NCBI RefSeq assembly: GCF_009914755.1
Contig: NC_060930.1
Length of the DNA stretch: 64,000 bases
Source of the DNA: the human T2T-CHM13v2.0 reference genome, Homo sapiens
Strand: one strand, 5' to 3'
The translations under genes and the position numbers were made by a program. The notes under the pieces are model-generated. The model worked only from the letters and a program-made list of their open reading frames with translations, ran no database searches and was not told the DNA's origin. Below are positions 23,153 to 36,659 of the stretch, one piece after another. Position 1 is the stretch's first letter, and every line of letters starts with the position of its first letter.

Positions 23153-24289
23153 CTAAGGAGGGAAAATTACATAGTGCCCCTGAAGTTGTACCTCTAGGAA
23201 ATTGCAGAGCTGGGATTTGAACTCACTTCTTACTCAACCCCTCTCCCAACTCTTTTCCTGAATTTCATGGAATTATTTTTTTTCCAACTAGGTTTTGTGA
23301 TTCAGAAGGTAATTCTACAAAGAGTTCTTTAGCTCCTGTGTGCCCAAGACCAGACAGCATGCACGGGAAGCCCAAGTCCCTATCAGTCAGGAGCCACCAG
23401 GCTCCTGCGAACAAACAGGGAGCCTGGGCCTGATTGAAGGCAGAGCACTGGGCCTGATTGAAGCACTCATGGCAGTGGCCCCGGTCAGCCTGGGGCTGCG
23501 GTTTCCTGGCAACACTGGCCCTGCCAGCCCTTGACTTAGTGACATCTGCCATCCAGACCAACAGTAGATTATCCTACAAACAGGTACACCTCAGGCTTGT
23601 CAGTTCTACCCGGAAAGTTACCTCTCAGCATTCTGAGTGTATGGCTATGCACAGTCTCCCAGAGCTGGGAAGTGCCTGGAAGGCATCTCATCTGGCCCGC
23701 CACATCTCTTGTGCAGAATCCCTGACAGAGTGTCCTCTGGTGTCACTTACAGACTTTGGGGATGGGGGCTCGCTGCCCAGAAGGACATCTCCTTCTTTCT
23801 TGTTCTTCTACAGATTCTTCCTCCACCTCAGCTGAAAGGATTCATCTTGCAGCACGGCCCACCTTGGAACCCTTTGTGTTTGCTGAAACTTTCTTTGTGA
23901 TTATTCTTATGTCACTGCATAGCATGTAAATGTATCACACCCCCCCCCCACCCATTATTATTATCTCCTAGTATGCACCAGGCACTGGCCATAAATTATT
24001 TCTAATCATCATTAAAACTCTACCACGGTTATCCTCCCTCTATGGATAGGAAAACTAAGGCTTGGAGGTTGAAGAGGTCATGGATCTTGTCCAAGGTCAC
24101 TAAACTCATAAATGTCACAGTCAAAATTTGAATCTAGATAGAGTTGTCAGCTCCAAAGAAGTTTGCTCAGTCAGTTCTTCCCCAAATTAGCTTTTTATCC
24201 AAATTTGCTGAGAAGCTTTTTAAAAATACATCTTCTTTACAACAAAGCCAGAGAAAGAATAAGGCAGCTCTCTGCACAACAATATGGTG

Positions 24290-24624
24290 CTCGTATATGC
24301 CTAGAACATCTCCAGGAAGAAGGTGAGTCACTGGCCACCGCTGGCCTCAGGGGATGGTCTACGGGAGGGGACACAGGAGTGGGAGGGAGACTTGCTTTTT
24401 ACTATATTCTCCAGTACTTATTGGATTCCTTCCTTTCCTTCCTTCCTTCCTTCCTTCCTTCCTTCCTTCCTTCCTTCCTTCCTCCCTCCCTCTCTTTCTT
24501 TCTTTCCGTCTCTTTCTCTTTCTTTCTTTCTTTTTCTTTCTTCCTTTTTCTTTCTTCTTTCTTTCTTTCTCTTCTTTCTCTTCTTTCTTTCTTTTCTTTC
24601 TTTCTCTTCTTTCTTTCTTTCTTT

Positions 24625-24676
<52 letters not shown>

Positions 24677-24806
24677 TTTCCTTCCTTCCTTTTTTCCTCC
24701 CCTCCTTCCCTTCCTCCTTCCTTCTTTCTCTCTCTTCCTTCCTTCTCTCTCTCTTTCTTTTCACCTTTTCAAAATTATTAGAAAATAATTTAAAAATCAA
24801 AAAAGA
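24290..24806 (+). mobile_element. L1ME4a-like 3' end hosting the pyrimidine tract
   Basis: gtgggagggagacttgctttttactata before the tract, A-rich tail after it. Confidence 0.55.
24426..24762. repeat. Polypyrimidine compound microsatellite (TTCC)n/(TTTC)n
   Basis: 337 nt with a single purine (G24508); (TTCC)12 at 24435-24482. Confidence 0.97.
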
Positions 24807-25404
24807 ATATAGCTCCAGGACTCCACTGCCAGATCTCCTTATAAATCCAAATCACCAGAGTTGGGTTTTGGGACCCAATAAACATCCTAGGTGGGCACTG
24901 GTGCCCTCTGTCCCCTGCTGCTAGTGGCCAGGACCCAGCCTCATCTCACCTGTCATTTCCCCTCTGCCCCTAGCCCCTGGCTGGTCCAGAGCTCTGTGCT
25001 GCCAGCTCTGGGAGGGACTGACGGCTGCCTTAGGTGGCTATGGGGCCATCTCTTCAATGTTTCCGCAGGGACTTTTTCCAGCCAGATTTCTTGAGCCCCA
25101 TACCTGCCAATGAGCCAGCACTACCCAAGGACTCAGCCTCTGTGTCCTGTGGACCTGCAACAGCTTAGAGGCCATCCCCATGCTCAGGCCTTGCCACCAC
25201 ATGCCTGGATCTGCCACTCCTCAGCCCCTACCCTCAAGCCCCAGAGCCCTCAGCCCCCAAGGTCAGCCAGGTCTGTGTGATTATTTTTCTCTCATATCAA
25301 TGGTGACCTCCTAACCACATTGTTCTGCTCCTTGGCTTTTTTTACATCATAATATGTCTCCACAGCATTTCTCTGTGTTGAGATGTTAGTGTCTATCAGG
25401 GAGT

Positions 25405-25600
25405 CAGTAGAGTGGTGGTGAGCATGAGAAATTCTGGAGCGACTCCCTGGGTTCAAAGCCCAGCTTGCTACACTTAACTGCTTGACCTAGGGCAAGTTTT
25501 TAATCTCTGTGATGTGAGGATGGAAGGAGTTGAGACATGTGAAGCTCTTTGAGTAATGCCTGGCACTTAGGATGTGCACGGTGAATATTCATGATGATCA
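25405..25600 (+). mobile_element. MIR SINE
   Basis: ctgggttcaaagcccagc...gacctagggcaagtttttaatctctgtg. Confidence 0.7.
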
Positions 25601-25707
25601 TGACTGTCATTAGAATCTCAGTGGGGAGACTAATAAGGGGTCATAATCAATGTTCTAGGCTCTGGAGTTAGACAACTTGGCTTCCAATCCTTATTCTGCA
25701 TCTTTCT

Positions 25708-26008
25708 TTCTTTTTTTTTTTCCTTTGAGACTGAGTCTCACTTTGTTGCCCAGGCTGGAGTGCAGTGGTGCTATCTCAGCTTACTGCAACCTCCACCTCC
25801 TGGGTTCAAGCAATTCTCCTGCACAGCCTCCTGAGTAGCTGGGATTGCAGGTGCATGCCACCCTGCCTGGCTAATTTTTGTATTTTTAGTAGAGATGGGG
25901 ATTCACCATATTGGCCAGGCTGGTCTCGATCTCCTTGACCTCAGGTGATCTGCCCGCCTCGGCCTCCCAAAGTGCTGGGATTACAGGCGAGAACCACTGC
26001 GCCCGGCC
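25708..26008 (-). mobile_element. AluS inserted in a sense MIR (approx. 25650-26145)
   Basis: Full Alu; TSD cttattctgcatctttct (25690-25707) / cctactctgcatctttct (26009-26026). Confidence 0.95.
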
Positions 26009-27054
26009 CCTACTCTGCATCTTTCTAGCTCTAATCTTTCTAACCTCTCAAAGCCCCAGTTTCCTCATCTATAAGATGGGGGTGACTCTTACCTCACAGG
26101 ATGGTTGAGGATGGTGCCTGGTGCAAAACAGATGCTCAATAAATCTTCATAGAATGGATCACAGCATGGGGATGGGGCAGAAGGAAGCCTGGCAGACAGA
26201 GTGTGAGCCACATCTTTTTGCCTCAGGCTGCTGGTGAGGATCTACTGGTGCATTTGGCAGTGTGTGGGAGGCGGGGGGCAGGCCCTCCTTCTTCACACTG
26301 CCTGAGGGATCATGGCCTGAGGAAGACCCTAGACTGCCTAGGTATTCATTATGAAGGAGCGGCCAGCCTGCCAGCCAGGCCAGGCCTGTGCCCATCGATA
26401 CTGTCAACATGCCCCTCCCTGCCGAGAAGTGGGACCATAGGAAGGAAGCCAATTGCAATCAGAAGGCACGTCATTCATATCCAGGAGAGAACATCACTTT
26501 AAGGGCTAGAAAGTCTCCTTGGCCAGTTGGTGGGCAAGGGTTCTCACTGCAGGTGGATTTGAGAATGTCTAGACCCAGCCTGAATGATACAGGACAGGTG
26601 GAAGAACAGCATGCATGGTGTGTCTGCAGGCCTCGGCTCCAGCAGGGCTTGCCAGCTGGAAGAGCTACCACCCCTGCTTCTCGGTGCCTCCTCCCACAGC
26701 CTCCCTCAGAGCCCCCTTCTGACACCCCACCCCGTCTTTAGGGGAGTCATGCTTTGCTCTCCCTGATGGAAGCTGGAGGAGCGAGAGCAATCCCTCTGGC
26801 TCTCCCCAGCTCATTACAAATGGGCTAGTTTTCCATGGACCATGGTTAGGTGCCACACTGTCAGGCACAATTAACTCAGCTGTGTCTTAGTTTAGTTGGT
26901 ATTTATCTGTCCAAGTTCCCCTTAATAGACTGAAAATCCCGTAAGGGCTGAGAGACAAGCTCTTACTCCTCTTATTATCATTACTAGAGATTAGGTCTGT
27001 GAGGCTCAAGTGCAACACTGCTATTCTTAGTATCTGCAAAGATATTAACAGAGG

Positions 27055-27292
27055 GACATAACAGTAGCTAGATTAATTGGGCACATGTGTTGGGCAAGGC
27101 ACTATACTAAGCATGTTAGTGTTATTAACTCATTTAATTCTCACAACTCTATGGGAGCCATATGCTATTACGAACATTTGTAGAGAGGAAACTGAGGCAG
27201 AGGGCAGCTGGCTAACTCATGCAGAGTCACACAACTAGGAGGTGACAGGATTCAAACTCCGGCTTTCTGGATCTAGAACCCACTTTCCACAC
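27055..27292 (-). mobile_element. MIR SINE
   Basis: aactcatttaattctcacaac...gaggaaactgaggcagag...ggattcaaactcc. Confidence 0.8.
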
Positions 27293-27719
27293 CTTGAGCC
27301 CTCAGTGAGCATTTGTAGAGTAGCTGAGTGACTGAAAGAAGTGCAGACAGGCAGGTACACAGAGGGGATGGCCGAGGGCCTGACTGGGCAGTGGGGACTA
27401 GGCCTGGGTTTCTGGACTGATTTGGGGGCTGAAGTCAGCAGCCCAGATTCTGAAGGTCTCTAGGCTGTGGCCCTGCCTTGCTCTGCCAACCATCTGGCTC
27501 TGCACAGGCTGTCCAAACAGGACTCCGTTGCTAGGGCCCTGGCAGGGATGCCTGACCTGATAATCCCTGCCTCCCATGGGAACCCAGCCTCTCCCCGGCC
27601 ATGTCCATCAAGGTCATCTAGTGTGGCCTGGCTACTAGCTGCTTCCGAGGTGCTGCCCATCTACCCTTTCCTTCCTTATACCCCCTCTCTGAGCTGCTTC
27701 TTTGGACCTTCTTTAATAA

Positions 27720-27952
27720 TTAGTGGTTAATTGTCAGTGGTCTAGGGTCAGACTGCCTGAGTCCCAGCCCTGGCTCTGCTGTGTGGCCTTGGGAGTGTTA
27801 CTTAACCTCTCTGAGCCTCATTTCCCCATCTTTAATATGGAAATCAGAACAGACTATTGTAAAGATTGGTATGAGGATTAAATGAGCTAAAACATTTAAA
27901 AGGCTCTAACAGTACATCTCAAACTGCATATATGTTTTTGTTAATATTATTA
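27720..27952 (+). mobile_element. MIR SINE
   Basis: ttacttaacctctctgagcctcatttccccatct...gaggattaaatgagctaa. Confidence 0.85.
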
Positions 27953-28296
27953 TGTCTTACTCATTCATTTAAATTGATGACAGTGTAGCCAGTGCAGAGT
28001 GAGAGGAGAGGTGGTCAGGGCAGTTAAAGTACTAGCATCCCTAGTCCATCTTCTTTGAAAAACCAGAGCTGAGTGACAGGGACACTCCCTTGCTCTAGCT
28101 TACAGTCTTTCCTGGGTTGGGGCGGGGTGGGAGAAGTACCACTCCCCAGGCACCCTCATTCCGGGAGGCCCTACGCTGGTGTGTCTCACCTTCTGCTGAG
28201 ACAGATACCCAACATCGCCCTGTTCAATACTTAAAGCTCAGCTACACTTTGACCACAAGGCACAGTTTTCTACTTGATGTATTTAAATGGATTTAG

Positions 28297-28586
28297 GGCC
28301 GGGCGCGGTGGCTCAAACCTGTAATCCCAGCACTTTGGAAGGCCGAGGCGAGCGGATCACCTGAGGTCAGGAGTTTGAGACGAGCCTGGCCAACATGGTG
28401 AAACCTCGTTTCTACTAAAAATACAAAAATTAGCCAGGCATGGTTGTGCGCTCCTGTAATCCCAGCTACTCAGGAGGCTGAGGCAAGAAAATCCCTTGAA
28501 CCTGGGAGGCAGAGGTTGCAGTGAGCCGACATCGAGCACTGCACTCCAGCCTGGGTGACAGAGTGAAACTCCATCTCAAAAGAGAT
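28297..28586 (+). mobile_element. AluSx-like with eroded tail
   Basis: Full dimer; TSD tggatttag at 28288-28296 and 28590-28598. Confidence 0.95.
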
Positions 28587-28999
28587 AACTGGATTTAGTT
28601 TTGTTTTTTTTCAGCCTTTATCATAGTTGTTCATGCACATAAAGAGTCACATAGATCTATGAAGTTCCTTACAAACAAAGCATCCTCACTGAGCAGAGGG
28701 ACCACATTCTCTTTCACTGACAGATTCTTCTGGAATGGCTCTATCCCATGCTGCCCCTGCCCACAACTGTTATGCATCCCAGCCCCCACCCATAACACCT
28801 ATGTCATACTGGTTAGATGGGGATGGAACACGACCTCGTAAAAGCATTGACATCCAGGGTTGAGCCATTTAGTAATCTATGATTGTTGTGTTTTTCCTTT
28901 GAACAACTTGTTTTCCTCCCTGAAGTTGCTGATGGTCTTTTTTATTATTCATTTAATTGTCATGCACTTAGAGCGAATTCAATGGCTTCTCAGTTTCTG

Positions 29000-29225
29000 A
29001 TAATAACCACTAATGCCTTTTGAGCACTTCCTGGGTGCCAGGCACTATTCTAAGTCCTTTCATTGTAGTAACACATTTTAGTCCTTATAATACCCTCTGA
29101 GGTGTACACTATTATGATCTCACTTTATAGATGAATAAACTGAGGCACAGAGAGGTTAAGTGACTTGCTCGCAATCCCAGAGCAAGTATTTGGCAGAGCT
29201 GAGATTTGAACCCAGGCTCTTCCCA
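29000..29225 (-). mobile_element. MIR SINE
   Basis: tttatagatgaataaactgaggcacagagaggttaagtgacttgc...gatttgaacccagg. Confidence 0.9.
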
Positions 29226-29654
29226 CTGTAGGGATTGTGCCTGCCTGGCCTCACGTGGCCTCTGGGAGCACATCTTCATATCAGTCTCCTCTGGGCCCTT
29301 TCTCACCCTCTCACTATTTTCCGGGTTCAGTCTTTTCTCTGCGCCTAGGCTGTAAGCTAGCCCTGTGTCCTTCTCCTCTGCAGCCCTGGAAGCAGGACTG
29401 GATCCAGCAGGCCCTCTTGTGCTTGCCAGGACGTTCCTGCCCTGGACTGTCTACTTGTCCTCATGCTCTCCACCCCGGGGCCTTGTGGGTAGGAGGCAGG
29501 ACAGGGAACAGTACTGGTTCAGGTACAGCTGGGCCTGCAGAGGCTCAGGAAAGCCAAATCAGTGCCGTAAGGCCTCATGACTGGGGAACTGGGGTTTGAA
29601 CTCCCTCCTTCACCTGCAAGTCCAGGGATGTTCCTAATGCATTGAACTTCTTCC

Positions 29655-30280
29655 TACAGGCACAGGCATATACACACCATGCACATTACATACACAAATA
29701 TACAAACATATATACACATTATTTACATATGCTAATTATGTGCATGCATTTTCACATGGACACATTATATACACATACATATAGACACAATTGCATTTCA
29801 TATACACATAACGCAGGTACACATACATACTCACATAATATACACACATACCAGTTATACACAGATGTATTAAACCCACAAACATATATTAACACAGAAG
29901 CATATTATACAAACACCTTATTACAAACACAAACATGTGTATACTATATATTCACACAGAGACATACACATATTGTACAGATGAAAACACACACAAATAT
30001 GTAAATATATACCTATATACACATAAATATACACATCCTATTTGCATAACATACACAAACACTGCTGCACAAAGCACATGCACATATTTTTCACATATGA
30101 AAGCATGCAAACACATTTGCACAAAACATACAAATGAATGCACAAATATACAAAAACCTACAGTGCAAACATATGCAAGCATATGTGCACATCCACAGAT
30201 GCAAAAACTTGCACAAACACATCCACATTATGTGCACGAAGAAACATGCCCACATCTGCATGTGTGTGCACACAATCACG
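29655..30280. repeat. Degenerate (CA/TA)-rich low-complexity tract
   Basis: About 620 bp of acacat/atacac/atgcac motifs. Confidence 0.85.
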
Positions 30281-31574
30281 TATGCCTGCCTGGCCTGGTT
30301 TATATGGGGAGTGATGGAAGAAGGCCATTGGCCTCTCCAGGTTCTGTATGTGTCTGGTGACTTGGAGTGAGTGTGTTTCTTTACTGTTTCCTTGGAGTTG
30401 CATCATAAAGTGCCTTCCTTGAACAGGGCCGGTACAGGACCAGGTCAGCCTGTCCTCATTACATCAGCAGGGTGAGCCAAGGGAGGTTGCCTAAAAATTC
30501 AAGTAAGTAGTCCCCAGCCCATGGAGGCTTGAGAGACCCCCAAACCCCTCCCTTTCTCTGGAGTCCCACCTAGGGTTAACCACTGGCTACACTCCCAGGG
30601 AGGCCCCAAAAGCTGCCAGATTATGCCCTTTAAGAGATGAGAAAATGGCTTGACCAAAAAAGTTAATGTTTGTAAACACCAGTTTAAGGAGAGAAGGGAT
30701 TTCAAAGCCTCCGCAGCCTGCTGCTCCACACCTCTGAGCATCTGGGAATCTCAGCCCGGGGCTGTGCACACAGTAGGAGCTACATCGGCAGCACTCTAGG
30801 GAATGGGGTCTGACAAGTGGTGGGGGGTACAGGGAGCCAGCCCCAGAATTCAGAGGTAATGCAGACCCTCTTCACGTTTGAGGACCCTGCCTGCATCACT
30901 TCCAGCCCAGAGGTTCTTAGCTTCGTCATCTGCTGGGGGTGAGGGACCACCAGTTTAGGGAGCCCCCTGCAGAGGCCCCCTGGATTGTCCCTTCTTTTCC
31001 CTCCTTGGCCTTCCTCCCAGCTTGGTCTCCCCACCACCCCCAACACTCCCCAGACACATTCCTCTCCTTCAGACTTTCGTTTCAAGGGCTTGGTGATTTC
31101 TTTGCAGGATTTGATTTGCCGCTCAGGCATTTCCTTGAGTGGCCCCTCGGTGTTTGCCCTCATCCAGATGGCATCCAGATGCAAACATCCCCCCTCCCCC
31201 AGCTCCGGCTCCTCAGCTAGGGGAATTGAATCTTGACCCCCACCTCACACCCACCTCCCTGCATCATCAGCTTTGTTTCTGGGATCTGAGGTCAGGGCAT
31301 GGACTAACACCTCTGCCTGTGGCTCTCTCCAAAGCCCGACTTCTGGCCATCCTATGATCTGCCTCCCTCCTCCGCCTTTGTTCAATTCAGCAGGTAATTG
31401 CTTCACAGCCAAAGCAAATGTCAGGATGATAATGAGGGAGATATGATGCAGTTCTGGCCTAGGCAGGGAGGGGGAAGAGCAGGGTGTGTGCTTGTGTTGA
31501 GGGAGCAGGTGCTGAGGGCCCTGATCTCCAGCTGAGGTCCTAAGAGATGACCAAATCCAGGTGAGGGAACTGAG

Positions 31575-31935
31575 GAGAGCAGATGATAACCATGCTAATA
31601 GTTACAGAACAAGGTCCATGTGCAATAACAACGTAAAGACCAGTTCATTTAGTCCTGTGAGCTGGGCCTCCTTATTCCCATTTTACAGATGAGGAAACTG
31701 AGGCCCAGAATGGAGAGAAAAAAACGACCAGAGCAAGCACCTGTATAATAAATTCTCTGTTCCAGGCACGACATAAAGATCAGCTAACTTAACAAGGCGT
31801 TCTTTGGAACACCTTGAGAGCTGGACACTCTTGTCCCCATTTTATAGATAAGTTAACTGAGGTTCAGAGAGGCTTAGTAACTCATGCAAGACTCTGTGGC
31901 TTCTTAAATGGCAGAACTTGGCTCCAAACCAAAGG
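31575..31935 (-). mobile_element. Two MIR fragments
   Basis: cccattttacagatgaggaaactgaggcccaga and ccccattttatagataagttaactgaggttcagagagg. Confidence 0.8.
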
Positions 31936-33812
31936 CTTCCAAGGCCCATGGCGCTTCTTGTGTGCCCCGATTTGCTCAGCATCAGGGCCAGACCTTCAGG
32001 AGCTGTCCCCAGAGCCCTATCCTGACATGGTGACCATCGCCCTGATGGGAAATGTCTCAAGGAACCTGGGGAACAGTCCTGGGTGAGAATCCCTGTGCCT
32101 GGGGGAACCTCACTGTTTCTCAGAGGTCAGGCTCCAGGCCTCTTAACTCTCTGTCCAGTGCTGGACTCTTGACCCAGGGCAGGACTCGCTCTTGCGAGGC
32201 CCTTGCTGACCTCTGCTCAAACCCTCTGCTTCCCCTTCAAAGTTAATATTTACATACTCTCTGCCATGCCTCTGTGATGCTGCCATAGATATCAAAGTGC
32301 TTCCTGACCCCAGAGACACCCCAGGGCCCCCAAAACCCCTCCTAGGCTCCATGCTCCATGCAGGGCCCATCGACCCTCAGGCGGCCAGAATGATGGGCAG
32401 CATGCTGTGGCCAGATGGACTGTACTCTCTTCACCGCGCACAGTCAAGCTTCCTTGACAGAAAATGGGGCATTTGGCCCAGGCTCAAAGCTGCAGTGTAG
32501 GCATTTCCTAGAACCACTGGGCATTGGACCCCAGAAGTGTGTGATGAGTCGGGGCCAAGGGTCAGGCTGTCCCAGCTCTGTGCCTCAGGCAGCTGTGGGG
32601 GTGGCCTCCAGCAGGCCCTGCCTGGTAGTACCTGGTGGGCCTGAGGTGTGTGCGTAGAGCCATCCAGGCCCACGGGAGGAACATCCACCTGTCTGGACTC
32701 ACAGCCCAGAGAACAACAGAGCTGGGCATGTAGGGCAAGTTAGGGGCAGGGCTGGAACTTCTCACCAGCCCGCCTCTCCCCAGTACCTCCTCCAGGTGTC
32801 CTCCCAGCGTGCTAAGAGGTGGATGCCAGCATTGGCCAGACCCCCTCCTCTCCCCGCTCCCTTCCCTCTGTCTTCCGTCCTTCTGGCTCTAAGTGAGCTC
32901 AGCTTTGCAGTAGAAGGGAAACCTGAGGAACTAAGGATTTCTGAGCTGGGCTCCTCCCCCAGAGGGTCAGAGGGGCTGTTTTCAGCTGGGAGCTGGGGTG
33001 ACTTGGAACCCCAGAGAGCTTCAGGGAAGACCCCAGGCTGAGCAGGAGAGAGGAGCATCCCTGCAGCTGGCAGTCTGGAAGGGCTGGCTGGCCTAGGTCC
33101 TTGGGGCTGGGGTCCTCAGGTGGGTGCCTGTTTGCTTTCTGAAGAATTCCTGCAGGAAGCATGTGGGTAAGTGTCTGAGAATTTCAGTGATGGTCAGAGG
33201 GAGAGGACACTGCTACCAGCCACATGTTGGTGGCCAGGTGGCCTGGGAAGGGACACCGTGGCTGGCACACCAGGCCCTGCAGGTTAATGTTTGACCTGGA
33301 GCCACGTGTTTTTCCACTGGGTATTTTTATCCTCTGTACCTGGCAGTGGGCAGCTGGAGGGAGGGAGGTACCCAGCTAGTGTCTCACTGGGCAAGACAAG
33401 GCTGCAGAGAGGCCAGAGGGGCCAGCTGAGGGATGCAGAACAGGGGATTGAAAGAACAGGAGGGAGTCCCTGGAGCAGGCCGACTCCCCACACCTCAGCT
33501 ACACTCCCAGCCCTACTCTGATGCCACCCCATCCCTGGCTCTCCTCTCTCTGTTAGGACTAGCAGTGGTGAGGAGATGAAGAAGATAGGGAGGAAAACCA
33601 AGAGATCTTCTCAGGGGTCCACAGCTTCTCAGGAAAGTTAAAAATGTCCCCTCCTCTCCCCATATTATCTCATTGGTAATGAATCACTCTCAGATCCTGT
33701 GCATCACGAGTTAGAGATTTCCTCCTTCTGCAGACACTGCAGTCTTACTCTGATTGTGGGAGTAAGTCACAGCTAACTGAGGTACCCTCTACCCCTACCT
33801 GCACCCCCAGGG

Positions 33813-33866
33813 CCAATCTGATGAGGGAACACAGCCCTGCTCCCAGAAAATCCCCAGTCTAAGAGG
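33813..33866 (-). repeat. 39-bp minisatellite family member (degenerate)
   Basis: Reverse complement ctcttagactggggattttctgggagcagggctgtgttccctcatcagattgg; followed by a + strand ggggctgtgtctc at 33870-33882. Confidence 0.6.
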
Positions 33867-34831
33867 GTAGGGGCTGTGTCTCAACTCACAACAAGAGCTT
33901 TGCCCCTTTGCATCCAAGAGGCCTGGAATTGAATTGAAACACCCACTGGGTCCATAAGCTCCGGAATCCCAAGCCCTCCCCATCTCTCTGTTTTCCTCCT
34001 CGGCAAGTAGGGAGTCTTGCCTGAGCTGACTTTGTGAGGCTCTTTACAGCCCAGTGGGCAGAGTCCTTCTCACTCATCATGGGGGGACAGGGGAGGGAGG
34101 TCCTCGAAGGCCACTTAACAGGGCCAGCTGATGCCATGGTGCCAGTCGAGCAAAGCCAGCTTCCTTCCTGCACCCCCACAAGGTCCAGATGGTCTTTGAA
34201 GTTACACTTGAGTCCAGTAGTAAGTGGGTCTCTGAGCAAACCTGCCTACGAGCTGACACCACCAGATCACCAGTGGCTTCCCAGCCCCAACACTCACCAG
34301 AGCTGGATCTGAAGCAGGCTCGGCGGCTGCCCACAGCCCATGGTATTTCTTAGGGCTCCCTGAGAGTCCTGCAGCGGGAGGAGCAAGGCTGTCTAGGGGA
34401 AATCAGTTCCCTCTGAGCAAGGGGCTTCCTGGGATTGGCAAACGAGAGGCCCCAGGACAAAGGGGGATGGGCATCTGCCAGAAGAGCCTAGATCTCCAGG
34501 GAGGCCTCCCAGTTCTCTGGCAGTGCCCCCAGGATTGCCCTAAAGTGGGGTGCAGGAGCAGGGCAGGCGAGCGGGAGACTGTCAGCCTGGGCACATGGAG
34601 GAGGGCCCACTTCTTGGTCTGGAGCAGGACCACAGATCATCTCCTGATGTGGAGATCAGTCTTTCCCACTAGGGGACTTAGCTCCCCACTCTCAGCCTAC
34701 CTTCCTGCGGGTCTTCCCTTTCCTGTGCACCCTAAACCCCCAGCCACCTCTCTATTCCCCAGTACATGCCAGGCACTGGGCTAGGGCCATTTGCCTCCCC
34801 CACTCCTCCAAACCTTGGTGGTGAATCTCTT

Positions 34832-34950
34832 CACCCTCATTTTACAGATGAGGAAGCTGAATAGAAGTATCATTAAATAATTAACCCAAGGTCACCCAGC
34901 CAGTCAGCGGCCTGGCTGGGATTAAACCTAAATCGGTCTGACTCCAAGTC
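34832..34950 (-). mobile_element. MIR fragment
   Basis: cattttacagatgaggaagctga...cccaaggtcacccagc...tctgactccaag. Confidence 0.8.
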
Positions 34951-36224
34951 CAGCTGAGAGATCATATCAGCCATGTATCCTGTGTCTTTTAAATCCCACA
35001 CTTCCCCCTCTCCCAGAACCCTGACCATCAGCCTGACCAGAAAGTCTAATATAACTGGCTCCTACAACCCACCGGTTCATATGTCCCACCATCAGGATGC
35101 CCTCCTGGCATCCGAGCTCACACCTCCTGCTGTCTTTTACCCTGATATCAGGGAAAGAGTGGAGCAAAGATGGTTCCCCCACCCTGCCCCACGTCCTGTT
35201 TCTGTGTCCCATGGGACTGTGGCATTTCTCTGTGGCTCTGCAGGGTGGGTTGCTCCTGGCTGCGAAGCCAGAGTCTCAAACACTTGGGAAGGAGGGGGCT
35301 CTGAGGTTTTGCTGGGAGAGACAGGTGTTCTCTTGGGCCGCCTCACAGAGGAGACTTGGGCCTTGCCTTCAGACCCTACCATTTCCTACTGAGTCCAGGA
35401 CAGGTGAGGAGAGAGACAGAAAGAAGGTGGGGACTTTGGAGACCTTCAGAGGGTCCTTAGCTTCTGATGCTGTTTTGTTCTTTGGGACAAGTTGAGGTCA
35501 TGCCTCTTGGACACCAAGAAGTCCTGGGGTTTGGAAATCCCCACATGGCCCTCACACCCTTGTTGCCCTCAGACCTTTAGTTGTGGAAGAAACTGAGTGG
35601 AAAGGACACAAGCTTGCATCCATTCCCTGAAATCAAGGAGTTCAGTTCCTCATCTGGGTGAAGAGGAAAGGGGAATTCCAAAGACTCGGCTCCAGTGCCC
35701 TGGTGTTGAACCCAGATCTTCCATTTCTTAGAAGCCTGCTGTTTTCTGGTAGAGCCTTCTGACCTCTGGCTTCTGGCTGAGTTTGGCAGGTGGATCAATT
35801 AAACCCCAGTGTTTGGAGAGGGGGTTGAAGGGACACAGTTTGGCTCCTACAGCTCCCTGACTCAGGAGATTGGAACAGAGAAAGCCTCTTGACCCTGAGC
35901 CCATCAAAGCTCCTCTCTCAGGTTTGCCTTTTCCTGCCCCTCACAGCCCTCCTCTTCTCGAGAAGGCCAACCGTCCCACCACCGCTGTGGGAAGAGGGGC
36001 AGCCTGGGCTGGGCTATCAACTGGGGCGTCTCCTATCTGTATCCTCAAAGCTTTCTGAGTCTCCTGCACTCCCTGTCCAATGGACATGGGTTTTCTCCCT
36101 GGGCTGGGCCCAGGAGAGATTCAGAATAGGAGCCAACAGAGGCCCTGAACTCAAGATCCTGCCGTCAGAATGCAGACACAGTCATGCCCATGGATTCCAG
36201 GCCAGCATTAGTGCCAAAGAGAGT

Positions 36225-36445
36225 AATCATAATAGCTAAGTTTCCTTGAACACTTCCAAAATGGGCACTTTATATCCATTAACATGTTTAATCCTCGAAA
36301 CCACCCTGGGAAATTGGTGCTATCATATCTGCATTTTACAGATAAGGAAGCTGTGGCTCAGAGCAGCCAGTAACAGGCCCAAGGTCTTACAGCAAGGAAG
36401 TAGCAGGAGCAGGATCTATCCCAGAGCCTGTACTCTTACCTTCTT
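36225..36445 (-). mobile_element. MIR SINE
   Basis: cattttacagataaggaagctgtggctcagag...cccaaggtc. Confidence 0.8.
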
Positions 36446-36446
36446 C

Positions 36447-36659
36447 ACCTGTGCCATTCAATACAGTGGCCGCTAAAAGCATGTGACTATTTAACTTTGA
36501 ATTCATTAAAGTTCAATGCAGTTACAGTTCAGTTCCTCACTGCACTAGCCACCTTTCAAGTGCTCAGCAGCCACATGTGGCTAGAGACTGTCACATTGGA
36601 CAATACAGATATTAAATGTCTCTATCATTGCAGAATGTTCTATTAGTCAACACTGGTCT
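36447..36659. mobile_element. MER3 (hAT-Charlie) DNA transposon
   Basis: cactagccacctttcaagtgctcagcagccacatgtggctag...attggaca...tcattgcagaatgttctatt. Confidence 0.85.

Noticed and set aside
24163-24924. Long ORFs (253 aa F/S/L-rich; 132 aa K/R/E-rich on the minus strand)
   Set aside because: Artefacts of the stop-free polypyrimidine microsatellite.
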